In this document: positions 47,404 to 56,851 of the stretch, in pieces
Layout: each line of letters starts with the position of its first letter
Numbering within the stretch: position 1 is the first letter of the stretch
Origin: an uncultured archaeon
Lineage (GTDB): Archaea; Iainarchaeota; Iainarchaeia; Iainarchaeales; 1-14-0-10-31-34
Length of the DNA: 64,000 nt
Direction of reading: 5' to 3'
Assembly (NCBI GenBank): GCA_964608675.1
Contig: CAZSOZ010000002.1
Location: 32,001-96,000 of the forward strand
Position numbers and translations under genes: made by a program
Notes under the pieces: generated by a model
Database searches by the model: none
What the model was told of the DNA's origin: nothing
Seen by the model: only the letters and a program-made list of their open reading frames with translations

Positions 47404-47886
47404 ATGAGAAAACTTAAGTCAATTAAAACTTTTACTCCTAATTCTTTAAGTGAATGGTATAAAATAAGAAATCCTTTTAGGATTGCATTTAATTTCATTT
47501 TAATTTTTTTATGCCGTTATTTTCCTTCTTTTGGAGTTAAAAGATTTTTATTGCGTTTGACAGGAATGAAAGTAGGAAAAAATGTTTCGGTTTCTGCTTT
47601 AGTTACTTTTGATTTTTTTTGGCCTGAATTAATTGAAATAAAAGACAATGCAATTATCGGATTTAATTCAACTGTTTTAGCTCACGAATTTTTAATTAAA
47701 GAATACCGGACAGGAAAAGTAATAATAGGAAAAAATGTTTTAATTGGTGCAAACTCAACTGTTTTGGCAGGAGTTTTAATTGGAGACAATTCTGTTGTAG
47801 GTGCAATGAGTTTAGTTAACAGGGATGTTCCCAACAAAACTTTTTTTGCAGGAGTACCTGCAAGGCACATTAAAAAAATTCTTTAA
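47404..47886 (+). CDS. Hexapeptide-repeat O-acetyltransferase, YvoF-like
   Basis: NSL; GMKVGKNV; PELIEI; IGFNSTVLAHEFLIKEYRTGKV; DVP. Confidence 0.85.
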   Translation: MRKLKSIKTFTPNSLSEWYKIRNPFRIAFNFILIFLCRYFPSFGVKRFLLRLTGMKVGKNVSVSALVTFDFFWPELIEIKDNAIIGFNSTVLAHEFLIKEYRTGKVIIGKNVLIGANSTVLAGVLIGDNSVVGAMSLVNRDVPNKTFFAGVPARHIKKIL

Positions 47887-47941
47887 ATCTATTTTTGAAC
47901 CCAAATAAATAAAAGCACTTAAATCATTTTTTTTATAGGAG

Positions 47942-48316
47942 TTGGTTGAAATGAATGAATTTGAAGTAAAGTTATCTGGATTTCAGGAAGTAGATGAAAT
48001 AGATAAAAACAAAATAACAGAAAACTGCAGTAAATTTTATGTTAAACACAACAAAAAACTCAAAAACATTGAATTCATTGAAATTTATTTGAAAGACTAT
48101 CAGAAAGAAGGAAACAGAAAAAAGTTTTCTGTGCGTTCTACTTTGGGTTTCAGCGGTACAAGTTTAAGTTCAAAGGCATTTGACTGGAATTTAGCTAAAG
48201 CAGTTGATTCAAGCTTAAAAAAACTTGAAAGCGAAATAAAAAGAAATTTTTTAGGAAAAATTTCAGAAAAAAATAAAAATGAAATAAGAAGAAACAAGAA
48301 AAGATTAAGCACTTAA
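47942..48316 (+). CDS. HPF/RaiA-like ribosome-associated protein
   Basis: Beta-alpha-beta-beta-beta-alpha pattern ending DWNLAKAVDSSLKKLESEI. Confidence 0.6.
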   Translation: MVEMNEFEVKLSGFQEVDEIDKNKITENCSKFYVKHNKKLKNIEFIEIYLKDYQKEGNRKKFSVRSTLGFSGTSLSSKAFDWNLAKAVDSSLKKLESEIKRNFLGKISEKNKNEIRRNKKRLST

Positions 48317-49215
48317 AACTGAACAATTCTTTTGAATTCTTCAAATCTTCCTTTTATTTTGAATTGGTTGATGAAATTCATGTTGGTTACTCCCATTCCT
48401 TCTGCTTCAAGGGAAGCAAGAATTGAACCATAAACCATTGCTCTTCTAATGTTTTCTTCGTTTACTTTGTTTTCTTTTGCAAGATAGCCGATTAATGCTC
48501 CTGCAAAACTGTCTCCTGCGCCTGTTGGATCCTTAATGTCTTCCAAAGGATAGCCTGGCAAAGAAAAATGACTGTTTTTTGTGAACATCACTGAACCATG
48601 TTCGCCTTTTTTTATTATTGCGTAGTCTGAATCAAGTTTTAGGATTTCTTTTGCTGCTTTAACTAAATTTGTTGTAGTAAACAACTGCCTTGCTTCTCCG
48701 TCGTTCATTAAAGCAATATCCACTTCTTTAACTACTTTTTTTACTAATGATTCCTTGTTTTTAATCCAGAAATTCATAGTGTCATTTACAACTAATTCAG
48801 GTTCTTTTATTTGTTCAAGAATATTTAATTGTGTTTCAGGATCAATGTTTCCCAAAAAAACATATTTTGCCTGTTTATATTCTTCAGGAATGTCGGGCTG
48901 AAAGTCTTGCATTACATTTAATTCTGTTTTAATTGTTTCAGCTTTATTTAAATCAAATTCGTATTTTCCCTGCCATCTGAAAGTTTTTCCTTCTTTTTTT
49001 TCTATTCCTTTTAAGTCTATGCCTCTTCTTTTCATTAAATCCAAGTGCTCTTGAGGAAAATCTGTTCCAATTACTCCTACTATTCCTGTTTTAGCAAAAA
49101 AACTTGAAGCAATAGAAGAATAAACTGCAGAGCCCCCCAAAGTATTTAATATTTTTCCAAAAGGAGTTTCAATGCTGTCTAATCCAATGCTTCCTACAAT
49201 TAATACATCAATCAT
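48313..49215 (-). CDS. PfkB/ribokinase-family kinase (possible nucleoside kinase)
   Basis: VGSIGLDSIETPFG; LGGSAVY; DTMNFWI; DPTGAGDSFAG. Confidence 0.92.
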   Translation of the reverse strand: MIDVLIVGSIGLDSIETPFGKILNTLGGSAVYSSIASSFFAKTGIVGVIGTDFPQEHLDLMKRRGIDLKGIEKKEGKTFRWQGKYEFDLNKAETIKTELNVMQDFQPDIPEEYKQAKYVFLGNIDPETQLNILEQIKEPELVVNDTMNFWIKNKESLVKKVVKEVDIALMNDGEARQLFTTTNLVKAAKEILKLDSDYAIIKKGEHGSVMFTKNSHFSLPGYPLEDIKDPTGAGDSFAGALIGYLAKENKVNEENIRRAMVYGSILASLEAEGMGVTNMNFINQFKIKGRFEEFKRIVQF

Positions 49216-49277
49216 TTTATCACGTAAAAAAAATCTGTTCAAAAACTTTAAAATACTGTTTATTATTCTTGTTTTTT

Positions 49278-50111
49278 ATGCCTGAAAAGCTTTTAATTGG
49301 AACAGCCGGAATTCCTTTAAGCACTAAGAACCCTTCAACTAAAAATGGAATTAAGAGAGTAAAAGAATTGAATTTAGATTGCATGGAATTAGAGTTTGTA
49401 AGAAGAATTCATGTTTCAGAAGAAAAAGCTCCTGAAATAAAAAAAACAGCAGAAAAAGAAAAAATAGAGTTAACTGTTCATGCGCCTTATTACATTAACC
49501 TTAATTCTGATGAAACAAAAAAATATCATGCTTCAATTCATTACATTTATTCTTCTGCCAGAATAGGAAGCTTGTGTGGAGCAAAAAGCATTACTTTTCA
49601 TGCAGGATATTACATGAAACAGGAACCAAAAAAAGTTTTTGAAAAAATAAAAAAAGGAACAAAAGAAATTCAAAACAAATTAAAAGATGAAGGAATTGAA
49701 ATCTGGTTAAGGCCTGAAACAACAGGCAAACCAGTTCAATGGGGTTCAATTGAAGAAATTGTTTCTTTGTCAGAAGAAATTGAATTAGTTCAGCCCTGCA
49801 TTGATTTTTCTCATTTGTTTGCAAGAAGTGCAGGGAAAAAAAATTCAAAAGAATATTTTGATTCAGTTCTTTCTTTAATTGAATCAAGACTTGGAAAAAA
49901 AGCTTTAAATGAACTTCATATTCATTTAAGCGGAATCGCTTTTTCCGCTAAAGGAGAAAAAAATCATTTAATTTTAAATGAAAGCAGTTTAAATTACAAA
50001 GCAGTTTTAAAGGCATTAAAAGACTTTAAAGTTAAAGGCTGGCTTGTTTGTGAAAGCCCAAACATAGAAGAAGATGCCCTGCTTTTAAAAAAAGAATTTG
50101 AAAAAATTTAA
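49278..50111 (+). CDS. nfo: Endonuclease IV (AP endonuclease family 2)
   Basis: HAPYYINLNS; FHAG; PETTGK; DFSH; HIH; CESP. Confidence 0.9.
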   Translation: MPEKLLIGTAGIPLSTKNPSTKNGIKRVKELNLDCMELEFVRRIHVSEEKAPEIKKTAEKEKIELTVHAPYYINLNSDETKKYHASIHYIYSSARIGSLCGAKSITFHAGYYMKQEPKKVFEKIKKGTKEIQNKLKDEGIEIWLRPETTGKPVQWGSIEEIVSLSEEIELVQPCIDFSHLFARSAGKKNSKEYFDSVLSLIESRLGKKALNELHIHLSGIAFSAKGEKNHLILNESSLNYKAVLKALKDFKVKGWLVCESPNIEEDALLLKKEFEKI

Positions 50112-50764
50112 TTTTGTTTTTCTATTTCTTTGATGATTTTATTGAATTCAGGTTTTATTTCTTCAATTTTTGGTTCAGCGTTAACTTCTTTTAACAAACT
50201 TTTTTCTTTATAGTAATCAATTAAAGGTTTAGTTTGTTTTTTGTACGCTTGAAGCCTTGCTTTAATAGCTTCAGGTTTATCGTCATCCCTTGTATTTAGT
50301 TTTCCTTTACAGACATCACAGACTCCTTCTTTTTTTGGTTTCATGTAAATTTTGTGGTAAACTTTTCCGCATACACTGCAGTTTAATCTTCCTCCAAGCC
50401 TTTCCAAAGTAGTTTTGTCTGCAATAACAAAATTAATTACTGCATTAATTTTTAAATTCATTTTTTTTATTATGCTTTCAAGCAGTTCAGCCTGCTTTAT
50501 TGTTCTTGGATAGCCGTCCAAAACAAATCCTTTTTCTTTTACTTCACTTATTTTTTTTTTAATTAATTCTGCAATTAATTCATCTGAAACAAGTTTTCCT
50601 GCATTAATTGTTTTTTTTACTTTTTTTCCTAATTCTGATTCAGATTTAACTTCTGTTCTCAACAAGTCTCCTGCACTAATCTGCATTAAACCTTTTGTTT
50701 CACTTAAATATTGTGCAAAAGTTCCTTTTCCTGAACCCTGTTGGCCTAAAAAAATCAAATTCAT
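50108..50764 (-). CDS. adk: Adenylate kinase (Zn-lid type)
   Basis: GQQGSGKGT; LDGYPRT; CSVC..CDVC lid; RDDD. Confidence 0.95.
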   Translation of the reverse strand: MNLIFLGQQGSGKGTFAQYLSETKGLMQISAGDLLRTEVKSESELGKKVKKTINAGKLVSDELIAELIKKKISEVKEKGFVLDGYPRTIKQAELLESIIKKMNLKINAVINFVIADKTTLERLGGRLNCSVCGKVYHKIYMKPKKEGVCDVCKGKLNTRDDDKPEAIKARLQAYKKQTKPLIDYYKEKSLLKEVNAEPKIEEIKPEFNKIIKEIEKQN

Positions 50765-51032
50765 ATTTTCACTAAAAAAAATAAACCTGCAAAACTTTTT
50801 TAAACTTAGAAACTAAAGTTTATGTATTGATTTTAATGCCCTCAAAAAACCTTCAAAAACACAGTAAATACTTAAAAAAGCAGGATACAAAATGACAAAC
50901 AAACACGGTTTAAAAACAGCAGAAAAAAAAAGGAAAATTTCAATTCAAAGACAATTTAATTAAATACTCCAGAATTGAAGCAGTTGATTCAAAAACAGGC
51001 AAAACAAGAATTTATACTTTCAAAATTCAAAA

Positions 51033-51866
51033 TTAATTTACTTTGAAGTCAATTACTACCTGAATTTTTGTTGCACTAAAAGGCCTGACTTTTCTTTTAT
51101 CCAGAAAAACAAATTTTCTTTTTTGTTTTGCACATTCTTTTTTTGCTCTTGTAATTGCTGTTTCAAAAGCATTTTCTTTTTCTAATACTTGATAAAAATG
51201 AATTACTCCTCCTTTTTTTGCAGTTTTAATTGTTGAACTCAAAAAATTTTCTCCTCCATGAGGCATTGGCATTGCAATTCTGTCAAAAACTTTTTCAAAT
51301 TTTTTTTCAAGTTTGTTTACGTCTTTTTTTATTACTTCAATTTTTTCTTTGCATTTATTTAATTGAATGTTCTTTTTCATCCAGTTAACTGCCTCAGGAT
51401 TTAATTCAACTGCAACAGCTTTCTTCATTTCACTATTTTTGCAGAAAACAATTGGATAAGGTCCTGCTCCTGCAAAAAAGCATCCGATTACTTCATTTTT
51501 TTTAATTAATTTTGAAATCCTAAGCCTTTCATTTGATAATCTAGGCGAAAAAAAAACTTTCCTTACATCAAACTGAAACCTGCATCCTGCTTCTTTGTAG
51601 TCTGCAATAAAATTTTTTTCTCCTGCAATAATTTTTACTGGCTGAATCCTGTATTTTCCTTTGTGTTTTCCTGTAATCCTGCAGACAGTTTTAATGTTTT
51701 TATTTAATTTAATGATTGTGTTTCCAATTAATTTTTCTTTTTTTTTAAGTTCTTGTGGAACTTCAATTACTGCAATATTTCCTAAAGAATCAAAACTTTT
51801 AATGAAATTAGCTTGTTCTTTTTTTGAAAGTTTTTTTTTTAAAACTTGCTTTAAGTTTCCTGCCAT
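51033..51866 (-). CDS. Trm5/Taw2 (Met-10+) tRNA methyltransferase
   Basis: GNIAVI; VFFSPRLSNER; FAGAGPY; VELNP; DRIAMP. Confidence 0.88.
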   Translation of the reverse strand: MAGNLKQVLKKKLSKKEQANFIKSFDSLGNIAVIEVPQELKKKEKLIGNTIIKLNKNIKTVCRITGKHKGKYRIQPVKIIAGEKNFIADYKEAGCRFQFDVRKVFFSPRLSNERLRISKLIKKNEVIGCFFAGAGPYPIVFCKNSEMKKAVAVELNPEAVNWMKKNIQLNKCKEKIEVIKKDVNKLEKKFEKVFDRIAMPMPHGGENFLSSTIKTAKKGGVIHFYQVLEKENAFETAITRAKKECAKQKRKFVFLDKRKVRPFSATKIQVVIDFKVN

Positions 51867-51902
51867 AAAAAGAAATTGAATGAAATGCTTTTTAATTACT
51901 TT

Positions 51903-52499
51903 TTATTTTTCTTTTTTGAATTTTCCTTCAAAAACAATTTCTTTTAAATTTTTTCTGTCTGAAGGAAATTCTCTTTTCTGGTTTTTTTCTGACAAAACTT
52001 CTTTTTTTCCTGGTTTTCCTACTGCAATCATTGCTTCAACTTCAAATTCTCTTGGAATGCCTAATTCAGTTTTTGCTTTATCGTAATCAAAGCCTTCCAT
52101 TCCATGAACAACCAAGCCTTTCATTGAACCCTGCAAAGCCAGATTCATCCATGCTGAACCTGAATCAAATGAATGCGTTCTGGAAAAAGAATCATTAAAA
52201 TCAAAAGTAGTTTTTGAAACCACTGCAATTAAAACAGAAGCATTTTTTGTCCATTCTTGGTTTCCTGGTTTAAGTAAATCAAAAAAAGTTTTCCAATACT
52301 TTGAATTTTTTTTAGCATAAATAAATCTCCACGGCTGATTGTTTGCTGAAGAAGGAGCCCATTTTGCTGCTTCAAACAAACTCATTAATTCTTCATTTGT
52401 AATTTCTTTTTCTGACATTGCTCTTGGAGACCATCTTTTCAAAAATAATTCATTTACAGAAAACTCTGGTTTCCTGTATTCTTTTATGTTTTCTTGCAT
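51903..52499 (-). CDS. Nitroreductase family protein
   Basis: RWSPRA; WAPSSANNQPWRF; HGMEGF. Confidence 0.93.
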   Translation of the reverse strand: MQENIKEYRKPEFSVNELFLKRWSPRAMSEKEITNEELMSLFEAAKWAPSSANNQPWRFIYAKKNSKYWKTFFDLLKPGNQEWTKNASVLIAVVSKTTFDFNDSFSRTHSFDSGSAWMNLALQGSMKGLVVHGMEGFDYDKAKTELGIPREFEVEAMIAVGKPGKKEVLSEKNQKREFPSDRKNLKEIVFEGKFKKEK

Positions 52500-52606
52500 T
52501 AATCGAACACCATAATTTAATTCAATTAAGCAATCTTTATATTTTTTTTGTTTTTTTTTCTTTTAATTCAGTTTAATATAAAAAACTTCTTTTTGATTAA
52601 TATTGC

Positions 52607-53458
52607 ATGGTTTCAGATTTAATTAATGATTTTTTTGTTGATCCTATTGCTTCTCATGGAGGATACAATTTAGTTAACACTTTAGTTTATGCATTGATTC
52701 TTTTAGGAATTGCTTTTTTTGTTGTGTTTCCTTTTTTTAAAAAAAAGGGAATTAAATTCGATTTTGAATTCTTTAAAGCAGTTTTTCCATTTATTGTTTT
52801 GGGTTCAACCATAAGGATTTTTGAAGAAAATTATTCTGCGGTTTATTTTGAATTATTTGAACGTTCAACAAATCCATTAACTTTTGGGTTTTATACGGTT
52901 TCTCCAGGAATTTATGTTTTGATTGGTTTTTTAACTATTTTCAGTTTAATTCTTTCTTTTGCTTTAAGCAAAAAACTGAATAAAGAGCCGTTAAAAATTT
53001 TCATGGGAATTGGAGTAATTTTGTCTTTGCCTGTTGTATTATACCATTTACTTCATTTAACTCGCCCAATTGAATTCTTTTTTGTTTTTATTTTTACAGC
53101 AGTAATAGTTTTTGCTTTAAAGTTTGTTTCAGAAAAAATGAATTCAAAAATTCTTTCATCTAATTTAAATCTTGCAGTGTTATTTGGACAGGCATTAGAT
53201 GGAGTTGCAACTTTTACTGCAATGACTTTTTTTTCTTCTTATTCAGAACAACATGTTTTATCTGATTTTGTAATTCAGAATTTTTCTCCTGCAGCATTTA
53301 TTTTAGTTAAAGTAATTCTTGCTCTTTTGGTTTTATGGTATGCAGACAAAGAAATAGAAGACGAAAAAATGAGAAACTTCATTAAATTATTTGTAATCAT
53401 AATAGGTTTTGCTCCGGGAATAAGAAGTGTATTTAGTTTAGGTTTAACTTTAAGTTAA
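52607..53458 (+). CDS. DUF63-family membrane protein
   Basis: GYNLVNTLVYA; PFIVLGSTIR; SPGIY; DGVAT; EQHVL; GFAPGIR. Confidence 0.85.
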   Translation: MVSDLINDFFVDPIASHGGYNLVNTLVYALILLGIAFFVVFPFFKKKGIKFDFEFFKAVFPFIVLGSTIRIFEENYSAVYFELFERSTNPLTFGFYTVSPGIYVLIGFLTIFSLILSFALSKKLNKEPLKIFMGIGVILSLPVVLYHLLHLTRPIEFFFVFIFTAVIVFALKFVSEKMNSKILSSNLNLAVLFGQALDGVATFTAMTFFSSYSEQHVLSDFVIQNFSPAAFILVKVILALLVLWYADKEIEDEKMRNFIKLFVIIIGFAPGIRSVFSLGLTLS

Positions 53459-53537
53459 TTTTTTTAGAATCAGTTTAAAAAATAAAAAGACAAGGAAAGA
53501 ATTTTTTTTTCTTTCCCTTTTAAAAATAAATCAGCAT

Positions 53538-53636
53538 TTATCTTTTTTTCTTTTTCTTTGTTTTCTTTTTTTTAGTTGTCTTTTTTTTGGTTGTCTTTTT
53601 CTTTGTTGTTTTCTTTTTTTTCTTTTTTGCTGCCAT
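53538..53636 (-). CDS. 32-aa poly-Lys micropeptide, absent from the ORF track
   Basis: MAAKKKKKKTTKKKTTKKKTTKKKKTKKKKKR preceded by AAGGAGGT SD. Confidence 0.7.
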   Translation of the reverse strand: MAAKKKKKKTTKKKTTKKKTTKKKKTKKKKKR

Positions 53637-53732
53637 AAAATCAAACCTCCTTTCAAAAAAAAATTTATTTACAGAATATAGAATTTATTATATTTAAATG
53701 TTTTGTTATAAAAGTATTTTTTGAGTGAAAAA

Positions 53733-54500
53733 ATGTTTTTTTTAATTGGAATCGGATTAAAAAAAGAAAATTTAACTTTGGAAGCACAAAAAAAAATAAG
53801 TAAATGCAAAAAAATTTTTTTGGATTCATATACAAGCATTTATTCTGAAGGAAAAATTTCTGAACTGGAAAAATTTTTAGGAAAAAAAATTTCTGTTTTA
53901 AACAGAAATGACCTTGAAGAAAATTCATTGAATTTTTTTAATGAATCAAAAAAAGAAAATATTGCGTTGCTTGTTTTTGGGAATCCTTTGACTGCAACCA
54001 CTCATGTTTCAGTTTTGTCAGAACTTAAAAAGAAAGGGATTTCTTTTCAGGTTATTCCAGGGATTTCTATTTCAAATTTTGTTTCTTTTACCGGTCTGCA
54101 GGAATACAAATTCGGAAGAACTGTTTCAATCGTTTTTCCCTCTGAAAATTATGCTCCTGAATCTTTTTTTAATGCAATAACAAAAAACAAATCAATTGGA
54201 TTGCATACTTTATGTCTTTTGGACATTCAATCAGAAGAAAAAAAATTTATGAAAATAAAGGATGCAGTTGAACTCCTTGAAAAACTTGAACAAAAAAATA
54301 ATTCAAAAATTATTTCTGAAAGCGTTTTAATAGGGCTTGCCCGTGCAGGAGGAAATTCAATGAAAATAAAAGCAGGAACATCAAAAGAATTAAAGCAATT
54401 TGATTTCGGAAAAGAACCTCATTCTTTAATTGTGTCTGGAAACTTAAGTGAAGACGAAAAAGATTTTTTGAAAATTTTTTCTGAATGGAAAAAAAAATAA
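53733..54500 (+). CDS. dph5: Diphthine synthase
   Basis: LIGIGL; DSYTS; GNPLTATTH; GLQEYKFGRTVSI; GLHTLCLLD. Confidence 0.95.
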   Translation: MFFLIGIGLKKENLTLEAQKKISKCKKIFLDSYTSIYSEGKISELEKFLGKKISVLNRNDLEENSLNFFNESKKENIALLVFGNPLTATTHVSVLSELKKKGISFQVIPGISISNFVSFTGLQEYKFGRTVSIVFPSENYAPESFFNAITKNKSIGLHTLCLLDIQSEEKKFMKIKDAVELLEKLEQKNNSKIISESVLIGLARAGGNSMKIKAGTSKELKQFDFGKEPHSLIVSGNLSEDEKDFLKIFSEWKKK

Positions 54501-54504
54501 AAAA

Positions 54505-54825
54505 GTGAAAAAAATGAAGGAAAAAAAAGCAAAAGAATTAAAAAAAAACCTTGAATTAAAAGTTGAAAAATATTTTTTTTTAACCGAAACTGCTTTAAAA
54601 AAAATTGAATTCAAAGAAAATTTGTCTGAAAAAGAAAAAAGTATTGCAGATGATTTTTTTGGCATGGCAGAAAATTATTTTTCTGATGCAAAACATTTCT
54701 CTGAAAAAAATGATTTATTGAATGCTTTGGCTGCATTGTCTTATGCTCATGCATGGCTTGATGCAGGAGTCCGTTCAGGATTGTTTGACGGAAAAAAAGA
54801 CGACAAACTTTTTACTCTGCGATAG
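54505..54825 (+). CDS. DUF357 family protein
   Basis: MAENYFSDAKHF; YAHAWLDAG. Confidence 0.88.
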   Translation: MKKMKEKKAKELKKNLELKVEKYFFLTETALKKIEFKENLSEKEKSIADDFFGMAENYFSDAKHFSEKNDLLNALAALSYAHAWLDAGVRSGLFDGKKDDKLFTLR

Positions 54826-54852
54826 CTTTTTTAATTTCTTTCACTTAATTTT

Positions 54853-55326
54853 ATGCATATGAGCATTTATGAAGAACAAAATTCTCTGCCAAAGTATTCT
54901 TTCAGTTATTCTAAATTAAAGTTTCCTGTAATTGCATTTATTGCAGTGCTGGTTATTGCTTTTCTGGTTATTTCGTCTTTAAGTTTGTTTGAACCTGATC
55001 CTCTGCTGGTTTCATTTGAAGAACAGGTTTTTGATTTAAATGAAAAAAACAGCCTGCTGATGAAAGCTGTTGTAGTTAATGTTTTACAAGAAGATGTCAG
55101 GGATTCTGTAATTAAAGTCAGTCCGGTTGATGAAAAAGCTTTAACTGTTTTTCCAAAAGAAATTCAGGTTGAGGTTTTAGGCCAAGGGGAATCAAGGGCA
55201 TATAATTTTAATGTCAGGGTTTTAAATGAAGAAATTCCTTCAGGAAACTATGAAATCCAGATAGGATTTCTTGCAGGAGGACACCTTTATATAAAAAGGG
55301 TTTCAGTTTACATTAAAAACAACTAG
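54853..55326 (+). CDS. Membrane-anchored Ig-like hypothetical protein
   Basis: N-terminal TM followed by a beta-rich domain (GESRAYNF, SGNYEI). Confidence 0.7.
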   Translation: MHMSIYEEQNSLPKYSFSYSKLKFPVIAFIAVLVIAFLVISSLSLFEPDPLLVSFEEQVFDLNEKNSLLMKAVVVNVLQEDVRDSVIKVSPVDEKALTVFPKEIQVEVLGQGESRAYNFNVRVLNEEIPSGNYEIQIGFLAGGHLYIKRVSVYIKNN

Positions 55327-55595
55327 GCTTCTATTTTGAATTCTTTGAATTCGTTTTCTGCTTTCATCCATTTTGTTTCAATTTTGTCTATTCTTGTAAA
55401 AGTAAAATTTTTTATTGCTTTAAGAAATTTTTTTAATTCTTGTTTTTTTCCTTCAGCTATAATTTGCACTTTTTTGTTTGGAAGATTTTTAACAAAACCT
55501 TTTACTTCAAATTCCTTTGAAGCTTTAACTGTATTTGCACGAAAAAACACGCCCTGTACTTTTCCTGAAATAATGCATTCCATTCTTTCTTTCAT
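55323..55595 (-). CDS. acyP: Acylphosphatase
   Basis: SGKVQGVFFR; GFVKNL. Confidence 0.95.
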   Translation of the reverse strand: MKERMECIISGKVQGVFFRANTVKASKEFEVKGFVKNLPNKKVQIIAEGKKQELKKFLKAIKNFTFTRIDKIETKWMKAENEFKEFKIEA

Positions 55596-55696
55596 AAAAA
55601 AAAAATTACAGCAAAAAAAATTAAATTAAGTTTGTTTTTTTTTCACCGGCATTTACCTCAGAATTTGTTTAAAAACAAAAAAAACTTTTTTTTTGC

Positions 55697-56842
55697 ATGA
55701 ATTTAAGAGAAAAAGTAAAAGTTTTAAGCGAAGGAGGAAAATATGATGCCTGTGCAAGTTCTTCCTGCAATCCAAAAAAATCAATTGTATTCCCGAACGA
55801 CAGAATAGGAAACCTTGCTTCAGGAGGAATCTGCCATTCTTATCTTCCGTCAGGTCAATGCGTTTCATTATTTAAAGTCCTGTTAAGCAATAAATGCACC
55901 AACGACTGCTTTTATTGTTCGAATAATTGTTCAGCAAGAATAAATAGAACTGAATTCTCAAAAGAAGAATTAGCAAGAACCTTTCTGCACTTATATCAAG
56001 CGAATTACGTTGAAGGCCTTTTCTTAAGCTCTGGAATCGGAATAGATGAAGAAATTCAAATGGAAAAAATGATTGAAACAGTCAAACACCTGAGATTTAA
56101 GGAAAAATTTCATGGCTACATTCACTTGAAAATCCTTCCCGGCGTATCAAAAGACAAAATTGATCAGGCTACAAGGCTTGCTTCAAGAGTTTCAATTAAC
56201 TCAGAAGCCCCAAACAAGTCCCGTTTAAATGAATTAACTTCAACAAAAGAATTCAAAACAGATGTTTTGAAAAGAATGCGCTGGATTAAACAAAAAGCAG
56301 AAAAAAACAATCTGCCGTCAGGGCATACCACTCAATTAGTTGTCGGCCCTGCAGGAGAAACTGACAGAGAAATTCTTTTCAGAACAGACAAATTTTATTC
56401 TGAAATGAATTTAAAAAGAGGCTATTTTTCTGCATTTACTCCAATTCAGGGAACTCCTTTTGAAAACAAACAAAAAGAACCCTTAAAAAGAGAAAATTTT
56501 TTGTATCGCGCTGACTTCATGATGCGCTTGTACGGCATTAACCGAAAAGAACTTGCTTTCAATGAAAATGGAAACTTTGATTTAAGTATTGACCCAAAAA
56601 TTGCAATGGCATTGCAGTCAGACTTATTTCCATTAGACCTGAATGAATGTTCTTTTGATGAATTAATTAGAGTTCCAGGCATCGGCCCTACCTGTGCAAA
56701 AAGAATTGATGATATGAAAAAAACAGGCTTCAAGTTTTCAAAGGAAAGCGAACTCAAAAATTTAGGGGTAGTAAGCAAAAGAGTTCTTCCTTTCATTAAA
56801 TTAAATGGAAGAACCCAGTCAAATTTAAGGCAGTTCAGTTAA
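55697..56842 (+). CDS. Putative DNA modification/repair radical SAM protein with HhH (TIGR03916-like)
   Basis: KYDACASS; GICHS; CTNDCFYC; EGLFLSSG; GYIHLK; RVPGIGP. Confidence 0.92.
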   Translation: MNLREKVKVLSEGGKYDACASSSCNPKKSIVFPNDRIGNLASGGICHSYLPSGQCVSLFKVLLSNKCTNDCFYCSNNCSARINRTEFSKEELARTFLHLYQANYVEGLFLSSGIGIDEEIQMEKMIETVKHLRFKEKFHGYIHLKILPGVSKDKIDQATRLASRVSINSEAPNKSRLNELTSTKEFKTDVLKRMRWIKQKAEKNNLPSGHTTQLVVGPAGETDREILFRTDKFYSEMNLKRGYFSAFTPIQGTPFENKQKEPLKRENFLYRADFMMRLYGINRKELAFNENGNFDLSIDPKIAMALQSDLFPLDLNECSFDELIRVPGIGPTCAKRIDDMKKTGFKFSKESELKNLGVVSKRVLPFIKLNGRTQSNLRQFS

Positions 56843-56851
56843 AGTGATTAA

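Noticed and set aside
50790-51030. Possible gene remnant between adk and the Trm5-like gene
   Set aside because: Only short Lys-rich fragments with no identifiable family
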